Source: Bryobacterales bacterium (GTDB lineage: Bacteria > Acidobacteriota > Terriglobia > Bryobacterales > UBA6623). Taken from it: 64,000 bases of DNA. Positions within the stretch are counted from its first letter, which is position 1; every line of letters starts with the position of its first letter. The stretch spans positions 3,328,001 through 3,392,000 of the forward strand of contig OY729428.2 in NCBI GenBank assembly GCA_963422375.2, given 5' to 3'. Both the position numbers and the translations under genes were made by a program. The notes under the pieces are model-generated. The model was not told the origin of the DNA, ran no database searches, and saw only the letters and a program-made list of their open reading frames with translations. Of this stretch, positions 51,442 to 62,621 are shown piece after piece.

Positions 51442-52347
51442 TCAGGCCGCGACCGCGGCCTTGCCGGTCAGCTGCCGGTAGGTCAGCGTCCGGCCGACCA
51501 GGCCCCGCGCCATGCGCCGCATCCGTTCCGCCGTGTCGCAGTCGCGGTCGTTGCACCGTCCCGCGAACTCCGTCAGGTAGCGGCCGAGATGACGGACGCT
51601 CATCCGGTGATAGGTGCCGTACAGGCCGCGCTTGAACAGGGACCAAAACGATTCGATGCCGTTCGCATGCGCTGCCCCGCGCACGTACTCGCCGCCGGAG
51701 TGCCTGACGGCTTCGTGCGCGAACTCCGCCATGCCGGCGCAGGCCGCCGCCTCGTCGGAGCGGACCTGCGCCCCCGGCGCGACGCGGGCGCGCGCGAAGC
51801 CCTGCAGGTCGCCCTTGGCGGTGCCCGCCAGCGGCCGCGCGGCCACTGCGTTCGTGGCGCGGGCCTTCTTGCTCTCGTGCTTGTTGCGTTCCTTGCCGCC
51901 GACGTAGGTCTCGTCCACCTCCACCGGGCCGGCGAACAGCCCCTGATCCCGCTCCCGGCACGCGCGGATGCGGTGCGCCAGGTGCCAGGCCGACTTCCGG
52001 CTGATTCCCAGGTCGCGGTGCAGCTTCATGCTCGAGACACCCTTGATGCCGGTGGTCAGCAGGAACAGGGCCACGGCCCGGGTGCGGTAGCCGAGCTTGG
52101 TGTCGGCCATCACGCTGCCGGTGCGCACCGAAAAGCGCCTGCCGCAGCCGCGGCAACGGTACGGCATCGAAGGGTGGGCCGCGCCGGACTGCACGCTGGA
52201 GCCGCGGCAGCGGGGGCATACCGGACCGTCGGGCCAGCGCATGGAGGCGAACCACTTTTCCGCGGATTCGTCATCGCGGAACATGGCGATCACGTCAATC
52301 AAAGTGATGCCTTTACGAAACCACTTCCCGGGACCTTTCTGCTTCAT
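51442..52347 (-). CDS. IS1595-family transposase (probable short internal deletion)
   Basis: RWPDGPVCPRC, YRC..C.RRFSVRTG, VEVDETYVGG, NGIESFWSLFKRG, RYLTEF. Confidence 0.88.
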   Translation of the reverse strand: MKQKGPGKWFRKGITLIDVIAMFRDDESAEKWFASMRWPDGPVCPRCRGSSVQSGAAHPSMPYRCRGCGRRFSVRTGSVMADTKLGYRTRAVALFLLTTGIKGVSSMKLHRDLGISRKSAWHLAHRIRACRERDQGLFAGPVEVDETYVGGKERNKHESKKARATNAVAARPLAGTAKGDLQGFARARVAPGAQVRSDEAAACAGMAEFAHEAVRHSGGEYVRGAAHANGIESFWSLFKRGLYGTYHRMSVRHLGRYLTEFAGRCNDRDCDTAERMRRMARGLVGRTLTYRQLTGKAAVAA

Positions 52348-52796
52348 AGACGACCTCATATATTGGAACTATTCTATCAAAATACTCCACCAACTTTCAA
52401 CAGATCTCCGGAAGAAATATGAAATTAATTTATGGACTGATAATTTGCAAAATCGGTTGCCTCGGCACTCAGATATATAATTCCCATCGAATACGCGATG
52501 AGAGTCAGAATCGTCTTCGAAGAGTCGAACGCAGTACATGTCTGCTTGCCAACCATCCCAGCATATACCATGAGGGGCTTAGCATGCAGACGGAAGTACT
52601 CTCAGTGCATCGGTGAATGCTGCATGTAGTTCAAGTGAGCTTGGCCAACTTCCGAGTCCCCGTGTCGGTAACTGAAATTCAGGTCACCCTGCCGGCAGGC
52701 CCGCCAGCAGGCGGGGCCGTTCTCTTGGCACCCACGGTGAGCGGGCGGCCCCAACCCATGGCCCTGACATCCAGCGCAGCACCGCCATTCCGCCGC

Positions 52797-53048
52797 TCAG
52801 ACGAAGTCCCGAAGCATGCCATTGAGGTGGCCGTGCCCTTCGCGATCGCGGAGGCATCGGGCCGGGTCGCCGTTTTCGGTCAGGTCTTCGCCGTCAACGC
52901 CCGGAGTTCGACAGGGCTTCCGGTCGCGCGAACCGTGCCGGGCGTGCAACAGCTTGCGCGACACGGCTACGATGGCTCGCTTGCGGGCGATTCGCCCGGC
53001 GAACTGGCGGTGGATGCCCTGGCACGGTGGCCATTTGGCGCGGGACAC
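52797..53048 (-). pseudogene. IS110-family transposase C-terminal remnant
   Basis: RKRAIVAVSRKLL...RD.KP.R.PGVD.E.L motif. Confidence 0.55.
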
Positions 53049-53467
53049 ACCGGGGGCAGGATTCGATCTACGGAATTTGGAGTGAGTTCCACTCTTCTAC
53101 AATGCATTCGGAACTCAATCTGCCAGACCTTGCCTGGGCCATACCCGGGTGACAGATGTGCCGAACGATACCCAATCACCTACATGATGTGGATCCAGTG
53201 ACTCGTTCACACGTGCGCGCTGCGAAAGGAGTGCGACGTGCCTAAGGGAGGAGAGTGCCGCCGACGCGGCATTCAGGTACGCTCCTCGGTAGGTGGGGCT
53301 GGCCGTGGCGCGGCTAGTGGAGAGACTGGATCACGGATGCAACGGGCGGTGTCGGCAGGGAGGCGAGGGCCTCGACCGGCAAATCCTCGCAGACCGTGCC
53401 CAGCGGTTCTAGATTTGGCCATCAATGTGGTGGGCGAACTGTTGTCTAGGAGGATGGGGTGAACAAG

Positions 53468-54016
53468 TTAACCGAGAGGTCGCGCTACTGAGACCGCCCC
53501 TCGGGAGCGTCGGACGGCTGGCAGGGCTGTGGCGCCGCCACCGCCGCGGGTCCGCCCGGTGGCGGGCCCGCGGCCGGATGCACTCCGGCGGAAACCGGCT
53601 TCGACGGCCGACCGCTCGCCGGACGCGGCCGGGTCGAGGCCGTCGAGTAAGTTGCGGGGCCGGTTGTCGCGGGGGATGCGGCCCGCACCGAACAGGGTCC
53701 GGCAGTTGGAGCGGGAGCCGTCCCGCTCCATACTCCACTGGAACTCGAGGAACGACTCGCACCGGGTGAACCAGCAGGCCGGGGCGCAACCGGCGGCATC
53801 GCAGACCGGGTAGCGCGTGTTGCGACCGGTGCGCCGGGCGGGCAGGCTGGCGGCCGTCTCGCGGAAGGCGTTCGGAAGCGGGTCCAAGACCTGCGGCATC
53901 CATCCTGGCTCGCAAATTGCCCTAGGAATAGCTATGTGCCTGCCCGCGCCAGCCTTTCTTCGACACCCTTCTCGGACACTCTGGAAATTCCAGAGTGCTC
54001 AGAATGAGAATCGCTG
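53468..54016 (-). pseudogene. Truncated ISNCY-type transposase N-terminus with probable element end near 54016
   Basis: LP.RRTGRNTRY..F...ESFLEFQ..ME..G.RSNCRTLFG..RIP.DN..RNLLD; end-like CAGCGATTCTCATT. Confidence 0.6.
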
Positions 54017-54983
54017 GTTCGTACCGGCTTAGCACATAGGCGCAGCAGGCCCTTCCGGCCGTTGGCTGCGGCCACATTACGTGGCGGTTGTTTTCGGATC
54101 GCTCCGCTGCTAGGCGCAGCGCCAGCGAGACGATCCAGAGAGAGCGTCTGTCGGGTTTCGGTCGGCGAGCCAGCCAGCGAGGTAGTGGCGCAGGGCCGAC
54201 ACCCCTTGCCCTAACGTCCGCTCGGAATGAACTCTGCGGCACGACGGAGGATCAAGGAGCATCGAGCATCGTGCAAAGAAGGGCGGAGACCAGCGGGCTG
54301 GAATCCCACCAAGACGGACGCGCTGGACTTGAGAATGGTCGTGCAGTGGGGATGATCGGTGCGCCGGGAGCCGCTGCGGGGTGCCATCGTAGCCCAGCGG
54401 CCGGATGCCGAGAGTCCGCATGGCGAGGCTGCCGGATCGTTCCGCCCGTGCAGTCCGGTCCTGCAACGGGTGGCGGCGGGACGCAGGATCCTGCGGTCGT
54501 CCCCGGGTCGCCCCTCCGGTTGTATCATTCGCGGAACCGGCCGGGTGCGATAGCGCTGTCCGGACTGCTCGGAAGCAGCACCCGGCAGAGGTCAGAATGG
54601 CGTTCGCAGCCCAGGGGCTGACCCACTCGGAATCCGGTGATTGGATGTGACAATTCCCGGGCTCTTGCCAATTGGCGGCGACGCGATGACACAGGTCGCG
54701 TCACCTGCCCTTCCGTCGGTGGAGTGTACAGTTGACCTCTCGGTCCCACCGTCCGTCCCGTCGGGAGTCCCGGCGTGCCCCATCGTCGCGAGGCCCGCGA
54801 CGATGGGGGGCCTTCTCCCGGTTGTGTTCCGCAATGACGCGCTCGATTCGCAAGGATCCCGAGGCGCGGCTTCCGCGTCGGATCCGTCACTTGGACGCCG
54901 GCCGGCAGAACTGGGGCACCGCGGGCAAGCGAGTCCCAGCCGAGTCCACAGCCTTCGGCACAAGAGATAGACCCAGCCCGCTG

Positions 54984-55017
54984 CTTGTAAGATAGAAAGC
55001 GATTTCTGTTTTGCAAG
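54984..55017. promoter_or_regulatory. Imperfect palindrome immediately before the ATPase start codon
   Basis: CTTGTAAGATAGAAA-GCGA-TTTCTGTTTTGCAAG (15-bp arms). Confidence 0.55.
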
Positions 55018-55018
55018 A

Positions 55019-56188
55019 GTGATCCCCCGCCGTATCAGTCCTCTCCTGCGAGCCCGACTCGCCGCTTATCCCGCCGTCGCCATCGTCGGGCCGCGTCAGA
55101 GTGGCAAGACGACGCTGGCATCCTCCTTGGGGGGGCGCTATTTCGACCTTGAGCAGGAGCCCGACAGATTGCGAGCCGACCTTGAGTGGCCGACCCTGAC
55201 GGGCGGCGACCAGCTGGTAACGTTCGATGAGGCGCAGACATGGCCCGAACTCTTCGGGCGCCTTCGGGGCGCCATTGACAGCGACCGGAAGCGCAACGGT
55301 CGCTTCCTGCTGCTGGGATCGGTCTCTCCCGCGTTGATGACCCGGGTTTCGCAGTCGCTCGCGGGCCGTCTTGCGCTCCTGGAGCTGACTCCGTTGACGC
55401 TATCGGAGCTGCCGGACCCGAAGCAGCGCGAGCGGCACTGGCTCGTTGGGGGCTATCCCGACGGAGGCGTGCTGATACCAAGCTGCTTCCCGACCTGGCA
55501 GCGGGACTACCTTGACCTGCTGATCTATCGGGACTTGCCTCAGTGGGGACTCGCGTCCAAGCCCGCGGTCACGCAAAGACTGGTCCGAATGCTGGCTGCC
55601 GCTCATGGCCAAGAGTGGAACGCCAGCCAGATCGGTAAGGGACTAGCCGTGTCCTACCACACCGTCGACAGCTACGTAAGCCAATTGGAAGGCGCCTTTC
55701 TCGTACGCCGCCTGCCGGCGTACAGCGCCAACATTCGGAAGCGCCTGGTCAAGCGCCCCAAGCTTTACTGGCGGGATTGCGGTCTGCTCCACGCCATCCT
55801 CAACGTTGCGGACCGCGAGACTCTCCTTTCCCAGCCGTGGGTGGGGGCAAGCTGGGAAGGGTACGTCGTCGAGCAAGTGCTAGCGGAGCTTCGCAACACC
55901 GGTCGTGGATTCGAGGCCTACCATCTCCGCACGAGCGACCAACGCGAGATTGACGCCTTGGTCGAAGTCGACTCGGAGCTCTGGGCCCTCGAAATCAAGC
56001 TAACGACCCGGCCCAGTCCTAGAATGCTTGCGCGCTTGGACGCCAATGCGGACATGGTCGGAGCCGACCGGCGGATCCTGGTGTGCCGACAGAGCGAGTT
56101 CTTGGACGGGGGATCCAGATTCGTCTGCGATCTGGACGGTATCCTCCGCTACATCCGGGAGCGGCTTGCGCCCCGCGACAGCGCGTAG
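55019..56188 (+). CDS. AAA_14 + DUF4143 ATP-binding protein
   Basis: GPRQSGKTTL, FDEAQ, FLLLGS, SLAGR, GGYP, KRLVKRPKLYWRDCG, EID..EIK. Confidence 0.9.
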   Translation: MIPRRISPLLRARLAAYPAVAIVGPRQSGKTTLASSLGGRYFDLEQEPDRLRADLEWPTLTGGDQLVTFDEAQTWPELFGRLRGAIDSDRKRNGRFLLLGSVSPALMTRVSQSLAGRLALLELTPLTLSELPDPKQRERHWLVGGYPDGGVLIPSCFPTWQRDYLDLLIYRDLPQWGLASKPAVTQRLVRMLAAAHGQEWNASQIGKGLAVSYHTVDSYVSQLEGAFLVRRLPAYSANIRKRLVKRPKLYWRDCGLLHAILNVADRETLLSQPWVGASWEGYVVEQVLAELRNTGRGFEAYHLRTSDQREIDALVEVDSELWALEIKLTTRPSPRMLARLDANADMVGADRRILVCRQSEFLDGGSRFVCDLDGILRYIRERLAPRDSA

Positions 56189-56276
56189 CCCTGCGGGCCC
56201 GTTCGCTAAAGACGAAGGCCGGAGGCCCGGAGGCCTCCGGCCGCGAGTGCGCCGGGAATGCTCAGGAGGGAATGAG

Positions 56277-57698
56277 CTAGATGTCGTAGTAGAGCGAGAA
56301 CTCGTACGGGTGGGGCCGCTGGCGAACCTCGTCCACCTCGGCCGAGCGCTTGTAGTCGAGGTAGCTCGAAATCAGCTCTTCCGTGAAGACGTCGTTCTGC
56401 GTCAGGAAGTCGTGGTCCCGCTCGAGCGCATCCAGCGAGCCCGCTAGGTCCTCCGGCAGCGCCGGCACGCTGGCAGCTTCCTCGGGGCTGAGGTCGTAGA
56501 TGTCCTTGTCGAGGGCCTCGCCCGGGTGAATCTGGTTCTGGATGCCGTCCAAGCCGGCCATCAGGCACGCCGCGAACGCCAAGTAGGGGTTGCAGGAAGG
56601 ATCGGGGTAGCGCAGTTCGACCCGCTTGGACTTCGGGCTCGCGGAGTACATCGGGATGCGGCAAGCCGCGGAGCGGTTCCGGCGCGAGTACGCCAGGCTA
56701 ACCGGCGCCTCAAAGCCCGGAACCAACCGCTTGTAGCTGTTGGTCGTCGGGGCCACGATAGCGGCCAGCGCGGGGGAGTGCTTCAGCAGGCCGCCGATGT
56801 AGTACAGCGCCGCGTCGCTGAGGCCTGCGTATCCGTCGCCCGCGAAGACGGGACTGCCGCCCTTCCAGATGGACTGGTGCGTGTGCATGCCTGAACCGTT
56901 GTCGTTCCACAGGGGCTTCGGCATGAACGTAGCCGACTTGCCGTTCTGGTAAGCCACCTGGCGCACGATGTACTTGTACAGCATCATGTTGTCCGCGGAG
57001 ATCACGAGCGTGTCAAAGCGCTGGTCGATCTCGCACTGGCCGCCGGTGGCCACTTCGTGGTGGTGGCACTCGACGTTGATGCCGCACCCCTCCATGACCT
57101 CGACCATCTCGGTGCGAATGTCCTGCAGGTGGTCCGTCGGCGGAACCGGGAAGTAGCCTTCCTTGTAGCGCGGCCGGTAGCCGAGGTTGTTGTCCGAGCG
57201 GCCGGAGTTCCAGCGGCCTTCCTCGGAGTCGATCTTGTAGAAGCCGAAGTTGTAGGACGAGTCGTAGCTGACGTTGTCGAAGAGGAAGAACTCGGCCTCG
57301 GCGCCGAAGAAGGCCGTGTCGCCGGCGCCGGTGTACTGCAGGTACTGCTCGGCCTTCTGGGCGATCCAGCGCGGGTCGCGCTCGTAGTGCTGCCTAGTGA
57401 TCGGGTCGACGATGTTGCACACGATGCACAGGGTCGGGGCCTCGGCGAACGGATCCATGAAAGCTGTGTTCGGATCCGGGATGATCAGCATGTCGGACTC
57501 GCTGATCGCCTGCCAGCCGCGGATGGAGGAGCCGTCGAAGCCGAAGCCGTCCTCGAAGCTCTCCTCGTTCAGCATGTGGAGCGGATAGGACACGTGCTGC
57601 CAGATGCCTGGCAGGTCGGCGAAACGCAGGTCCAGGATCCTAGCTTCCTGATCCCTTGCGAATTCCAAGACCTGAGCCGGTGTTCTTGCGGTAACCAT
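56277..57698 (-). CDS. glnA: Glutamine synthetase type I
   Basis: [61 protein letters not shown]. Confidence 0.97.
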   Translation of the reverse strand: MVTARTPAQVLEFARDQEARILDLRFADLPGIWQHVSYPLHMLNEESFEDGFGFDGSSIRGWQAISESDMLIIPDPNTAFMDPFAEAPTLCIVCNIVDPITRQHYERDPRWIAQKAEQYLQYTGAGDTAFFGAEAEFFLFDNVSYDSSYNFGFYKIDSEEGRWNSGRSDNNLGYRPRYKEGYFPVPPTDHLQDIRTEMVEVMEGCGINVECHHHEVATGGQCEIDQRFDTLVISADNMMLYKYIVRQVAYQNGKSATFMPKPLWNDNGSGMHTHQSIWKGGSPVFAGDGYAGLSDAALYYIGGLLKHSPALAAIVAPTTNSYKRLVPGFEAPVSLAYSRRNRSAACRIPMYSASPKSKRVELRYPDPSCNPYLAFAACLMAGLDGIQNQIHPGEALDKDIYDLSPEEAASVPALPEDLAGSLDALERDHDFLTQNDVFTEELISSYLDYKRSAEVDEVRQRPHPYEFSLYYDI

Positions 57699-57891
57699 TA
57701 ACTCCTCCTAGGTAGCTGTGGTGAATGAAATGAAACTGATTCCCGTGCGCGAGGCGCCACGAAGCCACTCAGCTTGGCGAAATCCCATGCTAGCACAGGC
57801 CAACCGGCGATAAAGCGCGGCTTTGGGCCGTATCAAAACGATTTATAGGCCGCCGCCAGCGGGCGGGCGCGCCCGTAGCGGCTGCGTCCGC

Positions 57892-59136
57892 TCACCCTTC
57901 GCGCACCAAGGGCAGGGCGTCGGGATTGCCGGGGCCGAAGTGCTTGAGCATGACCAGGTTCTCGTCCGGGCTCCCGTTCGAGATTCGGACGCCCTCCGTC
58001 GCGGCCCCGGCCGTGACGAAGTACTCGTCCGCGGTCAGCTCGCCGTAGCGGATCATGGCGGGCGTGTGAGCGTCCCACACGCCGATGGTCCCCCTGCCTT
58101 GGGTCACGATCAGGCCGTACGCGGCCGCATCGGACACGGTCACGCTTCGACCGGGATGTACCGTCAATTCCTTGGCCGAGTAGTAGTTCGTGGAGTAGGT
58201 CACCCACGACTCGCCGTAGCCCGCCTCGGCCATCTCGTCCGGCTCGCGGACCGGGCGAGGCTCGAAGAAGCGGTTCTGCATGAAGTACGGATCGACGTTG
58301 GCTTCCCAGTCGAGCATTCCTATGATGTAGTCTAGGTCGCGGTGATGCTCGGGTGGAACGTCCTTCACCAGAAGATCCCACGGCACGGCGCGCCCCTCGA
58401 CCATCGACTGGAACATCCCGAACACGTCGGAGTTGACCTGCGGCTCGTACGTCACGGCGGAGCCCGGGGCATGCAGCACGCCGGCGGGAATCTGCCAGCC
58501 CGAGCCGGGCTTTAGCTTGTACGCCTTCGAGTGGTATAGAATCCCGTTGTCCCCCTCGTCCCAGCGCTCCAGGCAGCGGCGCACGTCGTCCTTCGAGGTG
58601 CCCGGCTCCAGCCCCATGAACGTGTACGCGAAGTTGTTCTCCTTGTAGTTGTACTGGGGAGGGAAGTAGTACGCCTCCGGCTTACCCCTGCGGCCCACTC
58701 GGGCGGCCGCCTCCTCGGTCTGGTGCATGTGGTGGGGGATCGGGCCGAGATTGTCGAAGAACTTGCAGAGCAAGTTCCATCCCCCGTGCTCGCTCATGAC
58801 GGCCTGCCCGAGGAATTCGTCGCCGATCTCGTCGATTGCCTCCTTCAGCAAGACCCTGCGCGCCCCGGCGCTGCCGTTCGCCGCGACGATGTAGCTCAGC
58901 CCCTCGTCCTCGGGCGTGCCGGGCCCGTTGTCGGCCTGTGTCGTCGAGGAGAACCAGCGCTCGTCGATCCCGCCTCGATGCGCGCCGAGAGCGTATAGGT
59001 CGCTCGGATGCAGTTTCAGCCGGCCGCCGGGCATCAGGAAGGACCTAGGCACCCAGCAGGGCGCTAGGCGCAGGACGCCCCCGCCCGCAGCGAGGGCACC
59101 TCTGAGCAGGTCGATGTTCTCGGACATGATCGACAT
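57892..59136 (-). CDS. Uncharacterised cupin-fold protein (phosphomannose-isomerase-like metal site)
   Basis: CKFFD..GPIPHHMHQ...GKPEAYY...GVLHAPG..EPQ.NSD. Confidence 0.7.
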   Translation of the reverse strand: MSIMSENIDLLRGALAAGGGVLRLAPCWVPRSFLMPGGRLKLHPSDLYALGAHRGGIDERWFSSTTQADNGPGTPEDEGLSYIVAANGSAGARRVLLKEAIDEIGDEFLGQAVMSEHGGWNLLCKFFDNLGPIPHHMHQTEEAAARVGRRGKPEAYYFPPQYNYKENNFAYTFMGLEPGTSKDDVRRCLERWDEGDNGILYHSKAYKLKPGSGWQIPAGVLHAPGSAVTYEPQVNSDVFGMFQSMVEGRAVPWDLLVKDVPPEHHRDLDYIIGMLDWEANVDPYFMQNRFFEPRPVREPDEMAEAGYGESWVTYSTNYYSAKELTVHPGRSVTVSDAAAYGLIVTQGRGTIGVWDAHTPAMIRYGELTADEYFVTAGAATEGVRISNGSPDENLVMLKHFGPGNPDALPLVREG

Positions 59137-59297
59137 GATACTCGACCAAGCGGATCCCGGCGTTCCGGGGCGGCTGGGAGAACGAGACGCTCCGGCAGGG
59201 TGCGCCCCGCTTGACTACAATTAGGGCAGTGTGGGCCGCTGACTGGTTGGCGAGCCCCTGCACGGTGTTCTCGCACGCTCCCGCGAGAGCTGCTCGG

Positions 59298-59382
59298 GCG
59301 AACGTGGCGGAATTGGCAGACGCGCTAGATTTAGGTTCTAGTGGGGCAACCCGTGGGAGTTCGAGTCTCCCCGTTCGCACCA
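59298..59382 (+). tRNA. tRNA-Leu (anticodon TAG)
   Basis: Acceptor GCGAACG/CGTTCGC, anticodon arm CTAGA-TTTAGGT-TCTAG, variable arm, GTTCGAGTC T-loop, encoded CCA. Confidence 0.96.
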
Positions 59383-59447
59383 ATTCGAGGGGCTAGCAGG
59401 CACGCTCGGCCCAGGCCAAGCGCTGGCTGGCGATTCAAGGCGCGCCG

Positions 59448-59576
59448 ATGCTGCAGTTTCTGGTGCGAGTGGTGGTGGAGGAGGTTGTCCTGGGGCTTCT
59501 GCGACGCTGGAGACTGGGCTTGATCGTCATCGCGGCGATTTTCGTCATCCTAGCGGTCACGTGGATCGTCAGCTAG
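59448..59576 (+). CDS. Putative 42-aa single-TM small protein (not in ORF track)
   Basis: MLQFLVRVVVEEVVLGLLRRWRLGLIVIAAIFVILAVTWIVS; AAGG 7 nt upstream. Confidence 0.45.
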   Translation: MLQFLVRVVVEEVVLGLLRRWRLGLIVIAAIFVILAVTWIVS

Positions 59577-60161
59577 CGCGCTCGCGGCGACCGCAACCCG
59601 ACTTTCCTGCGGACTTGAGAGAGCTTGTCGGGCCGCCTCGGATCGGAGCATGGGGACGGGCGCTCGCCGAATCACGCCCGCTTCGTGCGAACATCTTCGG
59701 ACGAGCACTCGGCGAGTCCGTTCGGTCGCCAGAGAGGATGGGTTGGCCCCCGTGGCCTCGACCCAGTCGCTCTTTGCGCGGCGACCGGTCCGCTGCGACA
59801 GTTTATCGACCACTTGACTCGATCGATCGCAAGCGACCTGCCCCGCGCTTGCTGGTAGGCTCGGTCTCGTCGCGAGACTGGCGTACAGCGAGAAAGAATC
59901 GCCTGGCCGGAGACAACCTCCGCGACTGGCCATTTTCCGCTGGTCAGCGACTCCGCCGCGCCAAGCGGTCGAACGGCAATCCCAGCGTCGATCCCTTCGG
60001 ACAGTGCCTGTCCATTCATCAGCAATCCGGTCTAGGTCCACGCCTATCCGACCGATCAACTAGCACGTTCGGATGCTGCGATTTAGAATCCAACGCGGAG
60101 TCCGAGAGGCGTACTGCCCAAGAGATTGAATCGCTATAGGCATGTCAGGCATGTCACGGAG

Positions 60162-60600
60162 TTTGACGCCGACGAGAAAGGTAGCAGCTCGCCAGACCGT
60201 ATTCTGGACATTTTACATCCTGAACACTGGAATGCTCGAGGTCACACCCTTTCCGATGTTGCTCGTCCACTTGCCAAACTCTAGCTACCGTGCTGCATGT
60301 GTAGGCCCTTCCCCAGCACGATCATTTATCGAATTGCGGTGCAACCTTGTCAACACAGTGCTCAAGTTCACCATTGGTACACGTAGCTAATCCCACGGTC
60401 TAGAATACTTGAGAACAAGACTCCATGTATTCAGACCGACCGATCCCCTTCGGCCAGTAACCGAGATGCGATCTGTTCGGGCCACCAGATGCGTAGAGAG
60501 TGGCCAACAGCCCAAGTAATATGGTCACATGACTGCGATTTCAGACTCGTACATCTCAATCTTTCCGCCGGCCAACTCCAATTTTTAGTGACAATATCGA
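60162..60600 (-). pseudogene. Degenerate gene resembling DUF7689-type proteins
   Basis: ITWAVG....WWP, GPTHAAR*L..GKWTSNIG..DLEH...EYG motifs with stops; boundaries approximate. Confidence 0.45.
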
Positions 60601-60807
60601 AGTCTAAATGTATCCCTTGTTCTTACCCCATTCTAGTCAAGTGTAGGCCATTTTGACGAAGTTTCCTCGAATTGAGGGATCCACTGGGTCCACTCCCGCA
60701 ATCTCTCTGAGCGCCCAGAACCATTGGTCGGGCTCTTCATGCTCCAATTCCCATTGTAATTGTCGGAGAATCATGGGAAGTGCGCTCAATCCCATTACTA
60801 TAATCTG

Positions 60808-62621
60808 GTAACTGCCCAGGTACACGGGTCGGGTTTAATTGCAGCGCTGAGTGGACCGGTAGCGGAAGGGAGCCAGCGGAGGCGGGGCTGGGTCGTACGG
60901 TGCTGGTGGAGTGCCGCCAGCACGGCACGGGGCGCGGGGGCACCGCCAGGTGCTGGCGCGGCGGCAGTTGACGCCGACCGTCGAATACATGTATAGATGG
61001 GAATGTTCCTAGGCCACAGGTGCTGGGGAAAGCATGGCGGAAGCATGGCCAGCGGCGGAGCGAGCGGCGGTCGGCGAGATCGCCGGGCTGCGGGCGGGGA
61101 ACGCACGGTTACGGGCCGAGCTGGCCGCTTGGCAGCAGCGCGCCGAGGGGCAGCGCGCGGAGAGCGGCGGATTGCAGCAGCGCTGGGAGGAGTTGGAGCG
61201 CCAGGTGGGCCTGCACAGCGCTAACAGCGGCAAGCCGCCGTCGAGCGACGGGCCGCGCAAGCCGCCTGCGGAGCCGCGCACGCGCAGCCAGCGCGACCGC
61301 TCCGGCAAGCGCTCGGGCGGGCAGCCCGGGCACCGGGGTGCCACCCTGCAGCAGACCACCCGCCCGGATCACATCGAGAGCCGCCTGCCGCCGCAATGCG
61401 GCGGCTGCGGGGCGCCGCTGTCCGCAGCGGCCAGCGAGGGCCGGCCGGTGCGGCGGCAGGCGTTCGACTTGCCGCCGCCGCGCTGGGAAGTGACCGAGCA
61501 CCGCGCGCAGGCCTGCCGCTGCGGGTCTTGCGGCCAGCTGACACGGGCCGCGTTCCCGGCCGGGGTGAACGCGCCGGTGCAGTACGGCCCGCGCCTCGCC
61601 GCCACGGCGGTGTACTTGCAGAATGCGCATTGCCTGCCCGAGGAGCGTTTGGCCGAGATCTTGCGGGACCTGCACGGAGTGCGCGTGTGCGCGGCGACGC
61701 TGGCCGGCATGACGCGTCAGGCGGCAGAGCGCTGGCGGGAGTGCAGTGAGCGCGTGCGGGATCCGATCGCGGGCGCGGACAGCGTGAAACACTTGGACGA
61801 GACGGGGTTCCGGAGCGCCGGGCGGACGCAGTGGCTGCACGTGATCGGCACGCCGCGGCTGACGTTCTACCGGCCGAGCGCCCGGCGGGGCAGCCTGCTG
61901 GAAGGCCTGCGAGGCTGCTTGGTGCACGATCGCTGGAAGCCGTATTTCACGATCGCGGGCGTGCGGCACGCGCTCTGCAACGCGCATCATCCGCGCGAGT
62001 TGCAAGCGCTGGCGGACATTGACGGGGAGGCCTGGGCGGGCCGCATGCAGCGGTTGCTGCGGCGGGCGGGGCAGACGGCGCGGATCGCGCGCGAGCGGGG
62101 CATTCCGCTGCCGCCGTCGCTGGTGCGGCGCATCGAGCGGCACTACGACAGCTTGGTCGCGCGGGCGCTGGCCGAGCACGCGGCGCGGGCGCCGCTGCGG
62201 CCGCCGCGCCCGGGACGGCGCGGGCGCAAGAAGCGGCGCCCGGGCCACAATCCGGCGTTGCGGCTGCGCGACCGCAAGGAGGCGGTGCTGCGCTTCGTCC
62301 GCGATCCGCGCGTCCCGTTCACGAACAACCTGGAACAACCTGGCGGAGCGGGACCTGCGGATGATGCAGCTACGCATGAAGATCTCGGGCGGGTTCCGGT
62401 CCCGGCAGGGGGCGCAGGACTGCGCCACGCTGCGCAGCGTGCTGTCCACCGCGCGGAAGCAAGGCCGCAACCGCCTCGAGACCCTGCGGGAAGGGCCGGC
62501 CGCCCTGCAATCCTAGCCGGCACCCGCATCGTCCGCCCGCGTCGGATCGCAGCTGCTCGCAGCCCACACGTGCTCCCCCATACGCGCTCGGGCAGCTCGT
62601 CAGGTGTACCTAGGCAGTTAC
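60808..62621 (+). mobile_element. IS66-family element (transposase-only type)
   Basis: TIR GTAACTGCCCAGGTACAC / GTGTACCTAGGCAGTTAC; 8-bp TSD ATAATCTG (60800-60807, 62622-62629). Confidence 0.92.
61034..62516 (+). pseudogene. IS66 transposase (TnpC), frameshifted near C-terminus
   Basis: NSGKPPSSDG, GGQPGH.G, HLDETG, CNAH; GAACAACCTG x2 (62323-62342) breaks FTNNLAERDLR. Confidence 0.88.

Larger units (their letters stand above)
50751..52485 (-). mobile_element. IS1595-family element, one TIR interrupted by the MITE
   Basis: TIR GGCACTCAGATATATAATTCCC (52464-52485); the other TIR reconstitutes exactly after removing the MITE plus 6-bp TSD. Confidence 0.85.

Noticed and set aside
57699..57890. 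glnA (glutamine) riboswitch in the glnA leader
   Set aside because: No recognisable glnA-motif consensus by eye; would need an Rfam search
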